Shown piece by piece: positions 9,533 to 17,866 of a stretch of 64,000 nucleotides of DNA. The notes under the pieces were generated by a model, which was not told the DNA's origin, searched no databases, and saw nothing but the letters and a program-made list of their open reading frames with translations. The DNA is from Bacteriovoracaceae bacterium. Lineage in GTDB: Bacteria; Bdellovibrionota; Bacteriovoracia; Bacteriovoracales; Bacteriovoracaceae. The position numbers were made by a program, and so were the translations under genes. Numbering within the stretch: position 1 is the first letter of the stretch; each line of letters starts with the position of its first letter. The stretch is taken from the NCBI GenBank assembly GCA_048267245.1, contig JBLWXV010000001.1, forward strand, positions 195,487-259,486, given 5' to 3'.

Positions 9533-9671
9533 CTAGACAAGTAGAAGTTCCATTGCCCACCCGGGCCGTCTCACCAGTGCTTGCTTGCATCTTCTTAGTT
9601 TGAAATTTATTTCCCCATACTGGAGTAAGAACGAGGGCAATCACAAACATAATCGCACTTTGAATCTTCAT
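9516..9671 (-). CDS. small ORF (51 aa) absent from the ORF track: predicted secreted peptide, candidate YcaO substrate
   Basis: Hand translation gives MKIQSAIMFVIALVLTPVWGNKFQTKKMQASTGETARVGNGTSTCLVAGEK. The ATG lies 27 nt after the YcaO stop and is preceded by GGGAAG. Its stop TAA (9518-9516) overlaps the TTG/GTG start region of the SBP gene. Confidence 0.45.
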   Translation of the reverse strand: MKIQSAIMFVIALVLTPVWGNKFQTKKMQASTGETARVGNGTSTCLVAGEK

Positions 9672-9698
9672 ATCTTTCTTCCCGTTTAACCCTTGTCA

Positions 9699-10757
9699 TT
9701 AAGGTATCGGATGTATGTCAGTAGCTCGATTTATAGTCAAGTTTGCGCCAAAATAATTTTTCTGTACTGTAATATCCAAATCACTAAATCGCCCCAAAGT
9801 TATTGGAATAAGATGATCTGAGTGCAAGCAGACGGTTTTTACAACACCATTTTCTCGGTAGATCTCCTCTATTTTTGGTGTCAAAAGGTCACCAGTTAAG
9901 CAATCTTTCTCACTTTCTATCCATTCGGGAAAGGCTTCCAGATAGAGCCAGTAGTTGCGATGATCAACGAGCCTCTTGAACCCGTGGTTTTGAATTCTCT
10001 CTATGGCCCGATCTTTTGTGATCCCTTCATGCCCAAAGTAATAATTGATAATTGCTTCAAGCAGAGACTTTTCACTATCTCGACTTTCACCCTTTCCACA
10101 CGAAAGACCTACTACAAAACCTCTTTCTTCCCTTTGAATTATAAAGCAGGCCGTCGTTACTTTATGTCCCAAGAACGTCTTATAAAATCGAATTTCAAGT
10201 CCATCCCTCTCAAGCGTCCCTAGCACTTGCTTGTATTTAGATAGCTCTGGATAAATCCTCTCAAATGATGTTGAACTGTACCAATGTCTGAGAAACGAAT
10301 CTCTTTCATAGAGCTCCGAGAGTGCTGCATGATTTGCTTGCATAAAGTCTAAGCCAGAAGCTATTCCGTTGGTGCTATAGAGATTGTGCTTCTTAGAGTT
10401 TCTAACAAAGGATTCTCTTTCAAAAAACTCCATGGCCGCTAAGAAGTAGGCCTGATCTTGATCAAGTGACATTCCAAGACCAGAAATTTCAACTCCGTAC
10501 TCTGTTTCTTCTTTCGTTAATTGGAAGAGTTTCAAATCTTCCAAGCCCTCAATTGGAAGCTTCAGCGCTTCGTAGCGAGCACCACTTTCTATCTCGCGAT
10601 GAACCGCAAGTTTTAAATAGCTCTTTTTTATTTTAAGAATAATTTTCTCTATGAATGAATGCATATTCTCACCATAAACCCAACGCCAAAAATAATCGTC
10701 AATTTCTAGGAAGTGCCCCCTACTATTGAGTTTTGTTAAGAGAGTGTAAAAAAGCAC
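9699..10757 (-). CDS. YcaO-domain protein (ATP-dependent peptide backbone-modifying enzyme family)
   Basis: 352 aa. QAYFLAAMEFFERESF and STNGIASGLDFMQANHAALSELYERDSF correspond to the YcaO A..E..ER and SNG.A.G ... E..ERD motifs. Confidence 0.78.
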   Translation of the reverse strand: MLFYTLLTKLNSRGHFLEIDDYFWRWVYGENMHSFIEKIILKIKKSYLKLAVHREIESGARYEALKLPIEGLEDLKLFQLTKEETEYGVEISGLGMSLDQDQAYFLAAMEFFERESFVRNSKKHNLYSTNGIASGLDFMQANHAALSELYERDSFLRHWYSSTSFERIYPELSKYKQVLGTLERDGLEIRFYKTFLGHKVTTACFIIQREERGFVVGLSCGKGESRDSEKSLLEAIINYYFGHEGITKDRAIERIQNHGFKRLVDHRNYWLYLEAFPEWIESEKDCLTGDLLTPKIEEIYRENGVVKTVCLHSDHLIPITLGRFSDLDITVQKNYFGANLTINRATDIHPIP

Positions 10758-10888
10758 TATCTTTTACAGTATAAGTTAGTTCAGTGACGGGAACAAACCT
10801 CCATTGTAGCGCCAATTTCATCGAAGGTTTCAAATAATCATGGATCATTAGATAATGAGCATATGATCACTCACAAAAGCAGGACGAT

Positions 10889-11848
10889 TTGCGAGTATTG
10901 AAGTTTGTCCTATTATTCATCTTTTTAAGTGCTAGCGAGAGTCTCCTCGCGAATACAATTTTTCACACCGTGAGAGAAGGGGAGACCCTCGGCTCGATAT
11001 TAGAGAACCATGAACTTAAGCCCCTCTGGGGAGACAAGGGCTGGGTGAAGAAGGCCATCGCTCTCAACCCCAGTCTCATTGAAAGTAGCGGCGCTCTTTT
11101 AATTCCCGGGCAAATACTTACGTTTACGCAAGATGATCCAAACCCTTCTTTGGCAGGACCAATAAGAGAAGTATCTGCAATTGAAACTGTCACGCGAGAA
11201 AGTGAAGCAACTCTTAACATAGCGCCCATCTTAGAAACTTCTGTCACCACGCTCGAGGTAATTGATAAGACAACGCGCTCTAAAGCAAGTCTCTATTCTG
11301 GTCTAAACTACGGTGCAGGTATTCGCTTCTCATTAGTTACTACAGATTCTCGATTTTCTACAGGTATTTCGACCAAGAAGATTTCCTTCAAAGACGCCTT
11401 TAGCAAGAGACTCAAAGATAATGATCAGTTTTTTTCGAGAATCTTTTTTTCATATGAACGAAAGCTCAACTCACGACTTGTACTTTCTTTTGATACCAAT
11501 TATGTACAGGTCCCGCACCTGCATGCCGAATCGACCCAAGTTATTGCAGTTAAATCACTGTGGGTTCCAACTATCGGACTTTCCTCAAAATTTAATCTCC
11601 TGAAATATTCAAACTCAGATATCTACGCAAAAGCAAAAGTGTCCTATTTGGGAGAATCTACTAGCTCTTCTGACTCACTCGAAAGTGGATACAGCTATGG
11701 TTTTGGCCCTGGCTTTAAATACTTCTTTAAGAATTCAAATGCCTTAAGCACAGAGGTCTTCTATCAAAAGTACAATCAAGACTCCGTCCTAACCAATAGA
11801 GAATTAACTGAAGCATCAATGGCCATAAATTATGAATTTAATTTTTAG
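10889..11848 (+). CDS. LysM-domain outer-membrane (beta-barrel-like) protein
   Basis: It has a TTG start and a signal peptide. The LysM-like segment is HTVREGETLGSILENH...LIPGQILTF. The C-terminal half has alternating hydrophobic residues and ends ...INYEFNF, with a terminal Phe as in OMPs. Confidence 0.65.
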   Translation: MRVLKFVLLFIFLSASESLLANTIFHTVREGETLGSILENHELKPLWGDKGWVKKAIALNPSLIESSGALLIPGQILTFTQDDPNPSLAGPIREVSAIETVTRESEATLNIAPILETSVTTLEVIDKTTRSKASLYSGLNYGAGIRFSLVTTDSRFSTGISTKKISFKDAFSKRLKDNDQFFSRIFFSYERKLNSRLVLSFDTNYVQVPHLHAESTQVIAVKSLWVPTIGLSSKFNLLKYSNSDIYAKAKVSYLGESTSSSDSLESGYSYGFGPGFKYFFKNSNALSTEVFYQKYNQDSVLTNRELTEASMAINYEFNF

Positions 11849-13028
11849 ATTAACTTTCATTATACTTTGTCTTGCCCTTGCTTCCTGCCAAGAAAGTGTC
11901 GTCGAGGACACCTTTCACCCTGGCATTAGTAATGGTGAAGTCGGTGAATCAGTTGAATTTCAATCAATCAGCTCTATTCAATCTGGTCTGATCAATCGCA
12001 ATTCTCAGGGTTCGATTAACTTTAAGCTCACATTTAGTGGCGTTGTGAATGTTACTGGAACGCCTAAGATCAAAGTAAAAATTGGCGACAACACAAGGCT
12101 TGCTACTTACTCCACGGGAACAGGGACCAACGAATTAACTTTTACCTACACACTGCAAGCTTCTGATCTTGATCTGGATGGAGTGGAAGTTCATTCTCCA
12201 ATTGATCTATCAAGTGGTTCGATTGCTAGCTCCGTGACAGGGAGGTCTCTGACTCCAATCTATTCCGATCAGTCATTCCCTAACTTAAAGATTGTCTTTC
12301 CAGACCTAACCTTCTGGCTCGACTTTTCTAAGCCTAGCACCATGCGTACTGGCAATGATTGCTCAGGGACGCAGGTGAATGCAAATGACTCTGTTGGATG
12401 CGTTCTCGATCTCTCTGGAAATGGACTCAATGCTGTCATGGATACCGCAAACTTTAGACCAACCTATAGGGAAAATGTGCTCTCTGGTAAAAGCGCTCTG
12501 ACCTTCGATGGAAGTAATGACTATCTAACGATACCTCACAACAGTACTTTCATGAATAACATCACGAACTACACTGCTGTGATCGTTTTTAAACCTAGTT
12601 CTCTTGGCTCTCCCTATGGCCTACTTGCCAAAAGAGTGATGAGTACAAATTCTACTTTCTCAATTTTCCTTCACACCTCAAACTACGTTTACTTCGATCT
12701 TCCTAACGACAGTCAAAGAAACACAACCACAAGTTCGGTAATGGCCAACACCTCTTACTACTTTTCGATTGTCTATGATGGTTCACTGGCCAGTAACTTA
12801 AGAGGAGAGAGTTTTCTCAATGGATCCACAGAGTCCAATGGTAATGGATTTGCGACTCTCACCAACACCACAACCCCCGTCACAATCGGTACTCTCAATG
12901 TAGGTTATGGATCGTACTTTCCAGGGCACATCGGCGAAATCCTTTTCTTTAAGCGCTCGCTTGATAAATCGGCCAATGGGGAGCTTGAAGTCATTCACCA
13001 ATACATCGCTGCTAAATGGGGCATCTAG
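11832..13028 (+). CDS. lipoprotein with C-terminal LamG/concanavalin-A-like lectin domain
   Basis: The lipobox is LCLALASC. GKSALTFDGSNDYLTIPHNS ... GHIGEILFFKRSL is typical of LamG_3 domains. It overlaps the preceding gene by 17 nt. Confidence 0.72.
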   Translation: MNLIFRLTFIILCLALASCQESVVEDTFHPGISNGEVGESVEFQSISSIQSGLINRNSQGSINFKLTFSGVVNVTGTPKIKVKIGDNTRLATYSTGTGTNELTFTYTLQASDLDLDGVEVHSPIDLSSGSIASSVTGRSLTPIYSDQSFPNLKIVFPDLTFWLDFSKPSTMRTGNDCSGTQVNANDSVGCVLDLSGNGLNAVMDTANFRPTYRENVLSGKSALTFDGSNDYLTIPHNSTFMNNITNYTAVIVFKPSSLGSPYGLLAKRVMSTNSTFSIFLHTSNYVYFDLPNDSQRNTTTSSVMANTSYYFSIVYDGSLASNLRGESFLNGSTESNGNGFATLTNTTTPVTIGTLNVGYGSYFPGHIGEILFFKRSLDKSANGELEVIHQYIAAKWGI

Positions 13029-13046
13029 GTATTCACGGATTTGAAA

Positions 13047-13245
13047 TTCAAAAAGGCCACTGGGCTTTTTGGACGACGCTTGTTTTGAATCAACGGGATT
13101 TTGCGGAAAAGTTTTTCTTTGAAGAAGATACAAGTGGCGGAGACGGAGTTCAAAAAGGCCACTGGGCTTTTTGGACGACGCTTGTTTTGAATCAATGGGA
13201 TTTCGCGGGAAAGGCTTTCTTTGAAGAAGATACAAGTGGCGGAGA
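13047..13245. repeat. tandem direct duplication (2 x 97 bp, period 102 bp) ending in the 3' end of tRNA-Ser
   Basis: Copies at 13047-13143 and 13149-13245 differ at about 5 positions by hand alignment. Both end in TGGCGGAGA, which in copy 2 is the real 3' end of tRNA-Ser(GCT). Each copy contains the hairpin AAAAAGGCCACTGGGCTTTTT. Confidence 0.9.
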
Positions 13246-13325
13246 AGGCGAGATTTGAACTCGCGGTACCCAGAGGGTACGACACCTTAGCAAGGTGCTG
13301 GATTCGGCCACTCTCCCACTTCTCC
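13237..13325 (-). tRNA. tRNA-Ser (anticodon GCT), class II, CCA encoded
   Basis: The reverse complement is GGAGAAGTGGGAGAGTGGCCGAATCCAGCACCTTGCTAAGGTGTCGTACCCTCTGGGTACCGCGAGTTCAAATCTCGCCTTCTCCGCCA. It has a long variable arm and the anticodon loop TTGCTAA. Confidence 0.93.
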
Positions 13326-13341
13326 GCTGACCTTGTAAAAA

Positions 13342-13429
13342 TGGCGGAGGACACAGGATTCGAACCTGCGGACCCGTTAAGGTCAACGGTTTTCAAAACC
13401 GCCGCTTTCGACCGCTCAGCCAATCCTCC
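13342..13429 (-). tRNA. tRNA-Ser (anticodon TGA), class II, CCA encoded
   Basis: The reverse complement is GGAGGATTGGCTGAGCGGTCGAAAGCGGCGGTTTTGAAAACCGTTGACCTTAACGGGTCCGCAGGTTCGAATCCTGTGTCCTCCGCCA. The anticodon loop is TTTGAAA. Confidence 0.93.
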
Positions 13430-13439
13430 GCGAAGGTCT

Positions 13440-13468
13440 AATATAGGGCCTTGTGCGAGAAAAGACAA
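13440..13468 (-). promoter_or_regulatory. putative sigma70-type promoter for the tRNA-Ser pair
   Basis: The minus strand reads TTGTCT, then 17 nt, then TATATT, ending about 10 nt upstream of the tRNA-Ser(TGA) 5' end. Confidence 0.5.
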
Positions 13469-13483
13469 TTGAGAAATTTCGTT

Positions 13484-16400
13484 TTACTTCATGCGTTGAA
13501 TAAGAGTTTCTATCTGCCTTGTGTCAGGAGCACCAGGAAGAAGCTTTAGGTAGGTCTGGCATGACTCAATGGCGAGACCATTTTGGCCGATTTCGTTGTA
13601 AATGAGACAAAGTTCTTTGTGAACCTCAGGGTTATCCAGCTCCACTTTAAGGGCGCGCAGATACAGCTCTCGCGCAGGCTCGTAGAGTCTTTGATTGCGC
13701 TTAATCCAACCAAGGCTCATCAGGGCCTCGACGTACCTACCATTAATGGAGATCGCCTTTTCAAGCGAAGTCTCTGCGCCTGCAATATCGCCCTGGAGTC
13801 GCTTCACTTCACCCACGATATAGTGGCCAAATTCCAGTGCCGGGTTGAGCTCCACTTCCTTATTAGCGAATTCAAGTCCCTTTTTATAGTCTTTTTGTTT
13901 AACCATCACCTTCGCCAAAAAGTAATTCACCTTTGGAAAAGAGGTCAATCTCTCTCTCACATCAAGAAATGTGGCGTAGGCATCTGCAAAGCGATTATTA
14001 CTCAGTAGATAAGTACCAAGAAGCATGCGAGCTTCCATATCTCCAGGGGCAACCTTTAATAGATCTTTGGAATATTCGATAACCTTATCAATCTTTCCTT
14101 CTAATTTAGCACTATTGACCAGGAATCGATAAAAGCTCTCATCCTTGGCCGAAAGTTTGGCGACCTTTTCTTTATAAGTTTCAAATTGTTTAAGCTGCCC
14201 GTTTCGGTAGTAGTAGGTGGCAATATCACCAAGAAGCCTTGGGTTGTCTGGAAACTTTTCAAGCATATTTCTTAAATAGCCAATCGCCGCATCAGCACTA
14301 TCGAGTTCATAAAGAATCTTGGCATAAGTGGCCACGTAATCAACATTGAGAGGATCAAGTTCGATCGCTCTGGTAATCATCTGTTTGGAATTTTCATACT
14401 TCTTATAGAGAAGATAGATCTTTCCCAATCGAAAAAGGTCATCATCCCTTAAGGGATCCCTCTTAAGTGCCATTGTATAGTTCTTAATGGCCAGGTTTAC
14501 GTTTCCGATTTCATAGTAATATTGACCGAGGTAGGAATTGTACTCGGGAAGATCCTTAAGACTGGTCTGTCCGATTAGAATGACTTGATCTTGCGCTGGA
14601 ACAAACTTTCTTGCTTTAATCAAACCTTCAAGAAATTTAAAGCTCACATTCGCATTTAATGGATAATTTGATTTGAGTTTAGAGAGTGTCCCAAGCGCTG
14701 ATTCAAAATATCCTCGTCGAAGCTGAATATCAGCAAGAAGAAGCTGAGAGGGGATATAAGATTCAAGGATATCCACAGCATTAATGGCATGAGTAAAAGC
14801 AAGCTCCCAATTAGATAGTCTTAACTCTTGCTCAGCCTTTTTCATAAGCTGAATGACTCTTGACTCAAGAATTAATTTCTCGGCGGCATTGCCACCACCT
14901 CGTTGAAGAGCAGCTAGCTTGGATCTAAGTTCATCAGACTCCCGCAATTCAAGAGCGGTGTTAAAGAATTTCACTGCAGTATCAATTTCTTTAATATAGG
15001 CACTCAAAATTCCCATTCGCTCTAAGTACATGGCGGTATAAGTGGGGGATTGATCGGCCTGAAGTTTTTGTACGTTCTCTAGAACCGTCTTAAATTTGGC
15101 AGTGTCTCCCTCACGAACAAGATAGTCTGAGTAGAGCAATAGCAGCTCCACTGATTCACCATAGAACTTACCGGCCTCTTCGAGTGTCTTCTTTGCCTCA
15201 TCAAATTTTTCTTCTAATTCTAAGTAGCGGGCCATGGCGAGATATGCCTTGAGTGGCTTTTTTTCGATTGGCTCAATTCGCTCATAAACTTTCAAGGCCT
15301 GAATGAGATCTCCGGCATCGATAAGAATATTCAAATACGCCGCTAGAATATCCAGTGTTGGATTTCCAAGGCGCAGATAATTTTCTAAGGTTGTTCTGGC
15401 AGTATGTACCTTTCCATTTTTTTGATAGAAAAGGGCCGTCCCTAGCGCTGCATTGGGGTCTGTTAAGACTTTAGATCTCGCAATTTGTGTGAGCTTAAAA
15501 ATTACCTGTCTTGTTTTGAGTGGATCCTGAGCATTTTCCATTACCTCAGCATAAACTCGAAGAAGCCAAGGTAGAGCGTCGGAGCCATCAAATTTATTGG
15601 CGAGACTATCTTTCAATAATTTAATCGACTTTAGTTTATCAACATACTTATATGAATATGTAGCAAGAGCTTCATTGTAGTCCTGCTCTGCCTTTAGAGC
15701 ATTTGGCTTAACATCACCAATTGGAAATTCAACGACCACATTTATAGGCTTAAGTTCAGGGGCCTTCTTCTCTTCATCCATCATTAAGTAAGCAATGAGT
15801 AGTAGGATGATGACTAATATAATGGGTCTTGTTCCCTTGCGAGGTTTCTCTTCTTCTTCTTCGTCCTCATCATTTTCTAAAACAGTCGTGGCCGTTAGCT
15901 GAGTAAGCTTTGACTCCTCTTGCTCTAACTTTTGCTCAAGTTCCTTTTGGGTATCCTTAGCCTCGGTTTTAATTTTTCTCATCACCTCAGAGAGCACCAC
16001 CATTTGAGTTGCTTCTGAAGTATCTACAGGAATTTCCTCTGGAAGAATTTCTTTCTTTGTTTTTTCGTAATCTTCCTCGGGCTCTTCCTCCTCTTTTATC
16101 GCAGCAAGCGCCTTGGGATTCACAATTACAGTCTTATCAACGTTTTGTTGACGGGCCATTGGCCTTTGAAGAATTACTGTTTTCTCAACTCCCTCTTCGT
16201 CGTCTTGATCAGCACTGGTTTCATTTGCCTGCGAGGAGGGAGTAGAATCTGGGCCCTCATTAGCCTCTTCAGATTTCTCTGTCTGATACTTTTCTTCTAG
16301 GGCCTTATAGTCTACCGCTGACTCATCTTCCTTATTGAATACAAATTCAACAAAGTTACTCTTTGTCCCTTCGCCCTCTATTGGTTTCTTATTCTTGGCT

Positions 16401-16759
16401 TCTTCTTGAATATCTTCTTTTGCCTTCTTAGCCTCTAACGCAGCTTCTTGCTCTTCTTGCGCTTTTTTTTCACTCGCTTTCTTTTGAGCTGCTCCTTTGG
16501 CAAGGCTCATGCGTGCAACAGTATGAGAAGTCTGGGTGACTCCCGAAGATTTTTTTTCGCTTTCTTCTTTTGGTGATTCTGTTAGAACTGAAATTAATTC
16601 TTTATGGGCCGATAGGGGGGCCCATTCTCCAATGGGAAATAACTGGGCCTGCTCCTGACCTTTGATGTGACCCTTGTCAAAGAGCTCCCGAACTTGGATT
16701 TTAGTAAAAGGGCCTACGACCCTCCCGCCGGTGAGCCTTAGCCTATATTTGGCTGCCAT
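13484..16759 (-). CDS. large TPR-repeat membrane-anchored protein with GYF-like N-terminal domain
   Basis: 1091 aa. The N-terminus is YRLRLTGGRVVGPFTKIQVRELFDKGHIKGQEQAQLFPIGEWAPL (GYF_2-like). A long acidic/Lys-rich low-complexity linker follows, then one TM helix (ILVIILLLIAYLMM), then about 700 aa of TPR-like repeats. Confidence 0.8.
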   Translation of the reverse strand: MAAKYRLRLTGGRVVGPFTKIQVRELFDKGHIKGQEQAQLFPIGEWAPLSAHKELISVLTESPKEESEKKSSGVTQTSHTVARMSLAKGAAQKKASEKKAQEEQEAALEAKKAKEDIQEEAKNKKPIEGEGTKSNFVEFVFNKEDESAVDYKALEEKYQTEKSEEANEGPDSTPSSQANETSADQDDEEGVEKTVILQRPMARQQNVDKTVIVNPKALAAIKEEEEPEEDYEKTKKEILPEEIPVDTSEATQMVVLSEVMRKIKTEAKDTQKELEQKLEQEESKLTQLTATTVLENDEDEEEEEKPRKGTRPIILVIILLLIAYLMMDEEKKAPELKPINVVVEFPIGDVKPNALKAEQDYNEALATYSYKYVDKLKSIKLLKDSLANKFDGSDALPWLLRVYAEVMENAQDPLKTRQVIFKLTQIARSKVLTDPNAALGTALFYQKNGKVHTARTTLENYLRLGNPTLDILAAYLNILIDAGDLIQALKVYERIEPIEKKPLKAYLAMARYLELEEKFDEAKKTLEEAGKFYGESVELLLLYSDYLVREGDTAKFKTVLENVQKLQADQSPTYTAMYLERMGILSAYIKEIDTAVKFFNTALELRESDELRSKLAALQRGGGNAAEKLILESRVIQLMKKAEQELRLSNWELAFTHAINAVDILESYIPSQLLLADIQLRRGYFESALGTLSKLKSNYPLNANVSFKFLEGLIKARKFVPAQDQVILIGQTSLKDLPEYNSYLGQYYYEIGNVNLAIKNYTMALKRDPLRDDDLFRLGKIYLLYKKYENSKQMITRAIELDPLNVDYVATYAKILYELDSADAAIGYLRNMLEKFPDNPRLLGDIATYYYRNGQLKQFETYKEKVAKLSAKDESFYRFLVNSAKLEGKIDKVIEYSKDLLKVAPGDMEARMLLGTYLLSNNRFADAYATFLDVRERLTSFPKVNYFLAKVMVKQKDYKKGLEFANKEVELNPALEFGHYIVGEVKRLQGDIAGAETSLEKAISINGRYVEALMSLGWIKRNQRLYEPARELYLRALKVELDNPEVHKELCLIYNEIGQNGLAIESCQTYLKLLPGAPDTRQIETLIQRMK

Positions 16760-16816
16760 CTTCTCATAATATCGCAGTCTGAATTTTTACCCAAAGGGCA
16801 AATGCTACCTTAATAA

Positions 16817-17866
16817 TTATGCGAGTTTAGGTCTTCTCAGGTCTTTGTTGAGACCTACCAAAATCATGAAGGTTGAAACGAGAATTGCCACAATGAAAAT
16901 AATCGGGGCAATTTTCCAGATCAATTCAGTATGTTTTTGCTCATATACATTAATCTGCGCGAGAACCAGTGAACCCAAGCTTCCGGGGAGGAATAGGAAT
17001 TGGTAGAGAAAACCAATGATAGCAATACGAGAGCCAATTTCGGCTCGGTTTCTATCTTCTTGGAGAATGAGTGACAAAATAAGCTGACCAATAATCTCAA
17101 CAAAGAAGAGCGTCAAGAGATAGACCTTCACATCCACCTGCTCCCCCGACCACATGGGAAGTAAGACGAGAGATCTCATAAGAGCACAAAGAAGTGAGAT
17201 CAATTCGCGCTTTTCACTTCGCACCAGGCTCCAAGCTGTGAAGAGGAGGGCCATACCGACATAAGACCAGAGTCCAAAGTTGAGCATGGTTGGGTTCACA
17301 TAACTCGTAGCTTGTCCCATTACTTCTGACAATTTAAGGGGAAGTAGGAAGGCAACGATACTCAACTTAAATAGGGTCTTACCTTCGATCAGGCTTCCCT
17401 TTTTATACTCATGCTCAATAAGAAAGAGATGATGCCACAAGATCATCATCATCATCGGACAGGCGAGACTTATAAGTGACGAGCGCTCTATCAAATTAAA
17501 CTGAGATGTTATTAAAGTTGCCCCCAACCCAAGAGGTAGAACCATATCGAGTGATTTTCTATTGGGACCTGGGCGAGCAATAGTGAGTGCGAGGTAATAG
17601 CTTAAAAGCTCAAGCTCCAAAGGCATCTCAGCTAGGGCCCAAATTGAAATAAAGGTAACCATAAATGGCACCTCTTCTCTCTTGCGTGTCAAAAGACATA
17701 GGCTGGCCACCAACAGATAGGGGATGAGCATATAGTTCTTTGAGCAATAAAAGATCAAGGGCGCAATTGCTACAAGCATCGCGAAAACCTCTAGCTTCTT
17801 CACACGCATAAGAACGTAGGAGCAAAAAGAAAAAATGACTACTAGGAGTGATGTTTCATAAGCCAT
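16817..17866 (-). CDS. orphan polytopic membrane protein 7 of the nuoN-downstream array
   Basis: 349 aa, mostly hydrophobic helices, with no recognisable motif. It overlaps the preceding gene by 25 nt. Confidence 0.6.
   Translation of the reverse strand: MAYETSLLVVIFSFCSYVLMRVKKLEVFAMLVAIAPLIFYCSKNYMLIPYLLVASLCLLTRKREEVPFMVTFISIWALAEMPLELELLSYYLALTIARPGPNRKSLDMVLPLGLGATLITSQFNLIERSSLISLACPMMMMILWHHLFLIEHEYKKGSLIEGKTLFKLSIVAFLLPLKLSEVMGQATSYVNPTMLNFGLWSYVGMALLFTAWSLVRSEKRELISLLCALMRSLVLLPMWSGEQVDVKVYLLTLFFVEIIGQLILSLILQEDRNRAEIGSRIAIIGFLYQFLFLPGSLGSLVLAQINVYEQKHTELIWKIAPIIFIVAILVSTFMILVGLNKDLRRPKLA

Noticed and set aside
13047-13245. CRISPR array, considered here and for the mnmE repeats at 58499-58635
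   Set aside because: There are only two long 97-bp units here, and the spacer between them is just 5 nt. The mnmE repeats are 14 bp, lie in frame inside a conserved gene, and have 10-22 nt gaps. No cas genes are in the window.
13237-13429. Integrated prophage or genomic island at the tRNA-Ser genes
   Set aside because: No integrase, phage or transposase-like ORF occurs anywhere in the window. Only the short att-like duplication is present.
12798-13472. Tracked ORFs overlapping the tandem repeat and the two tRNA-Ser genes (12798-13235, 13016-13258, 13025-13468, 13192-13386, 13221-13472)
   Set aside because: They run through tRNA genes and duplicated non-coding DNA. The repeated peptide strings simply mirror the DNA duplication.
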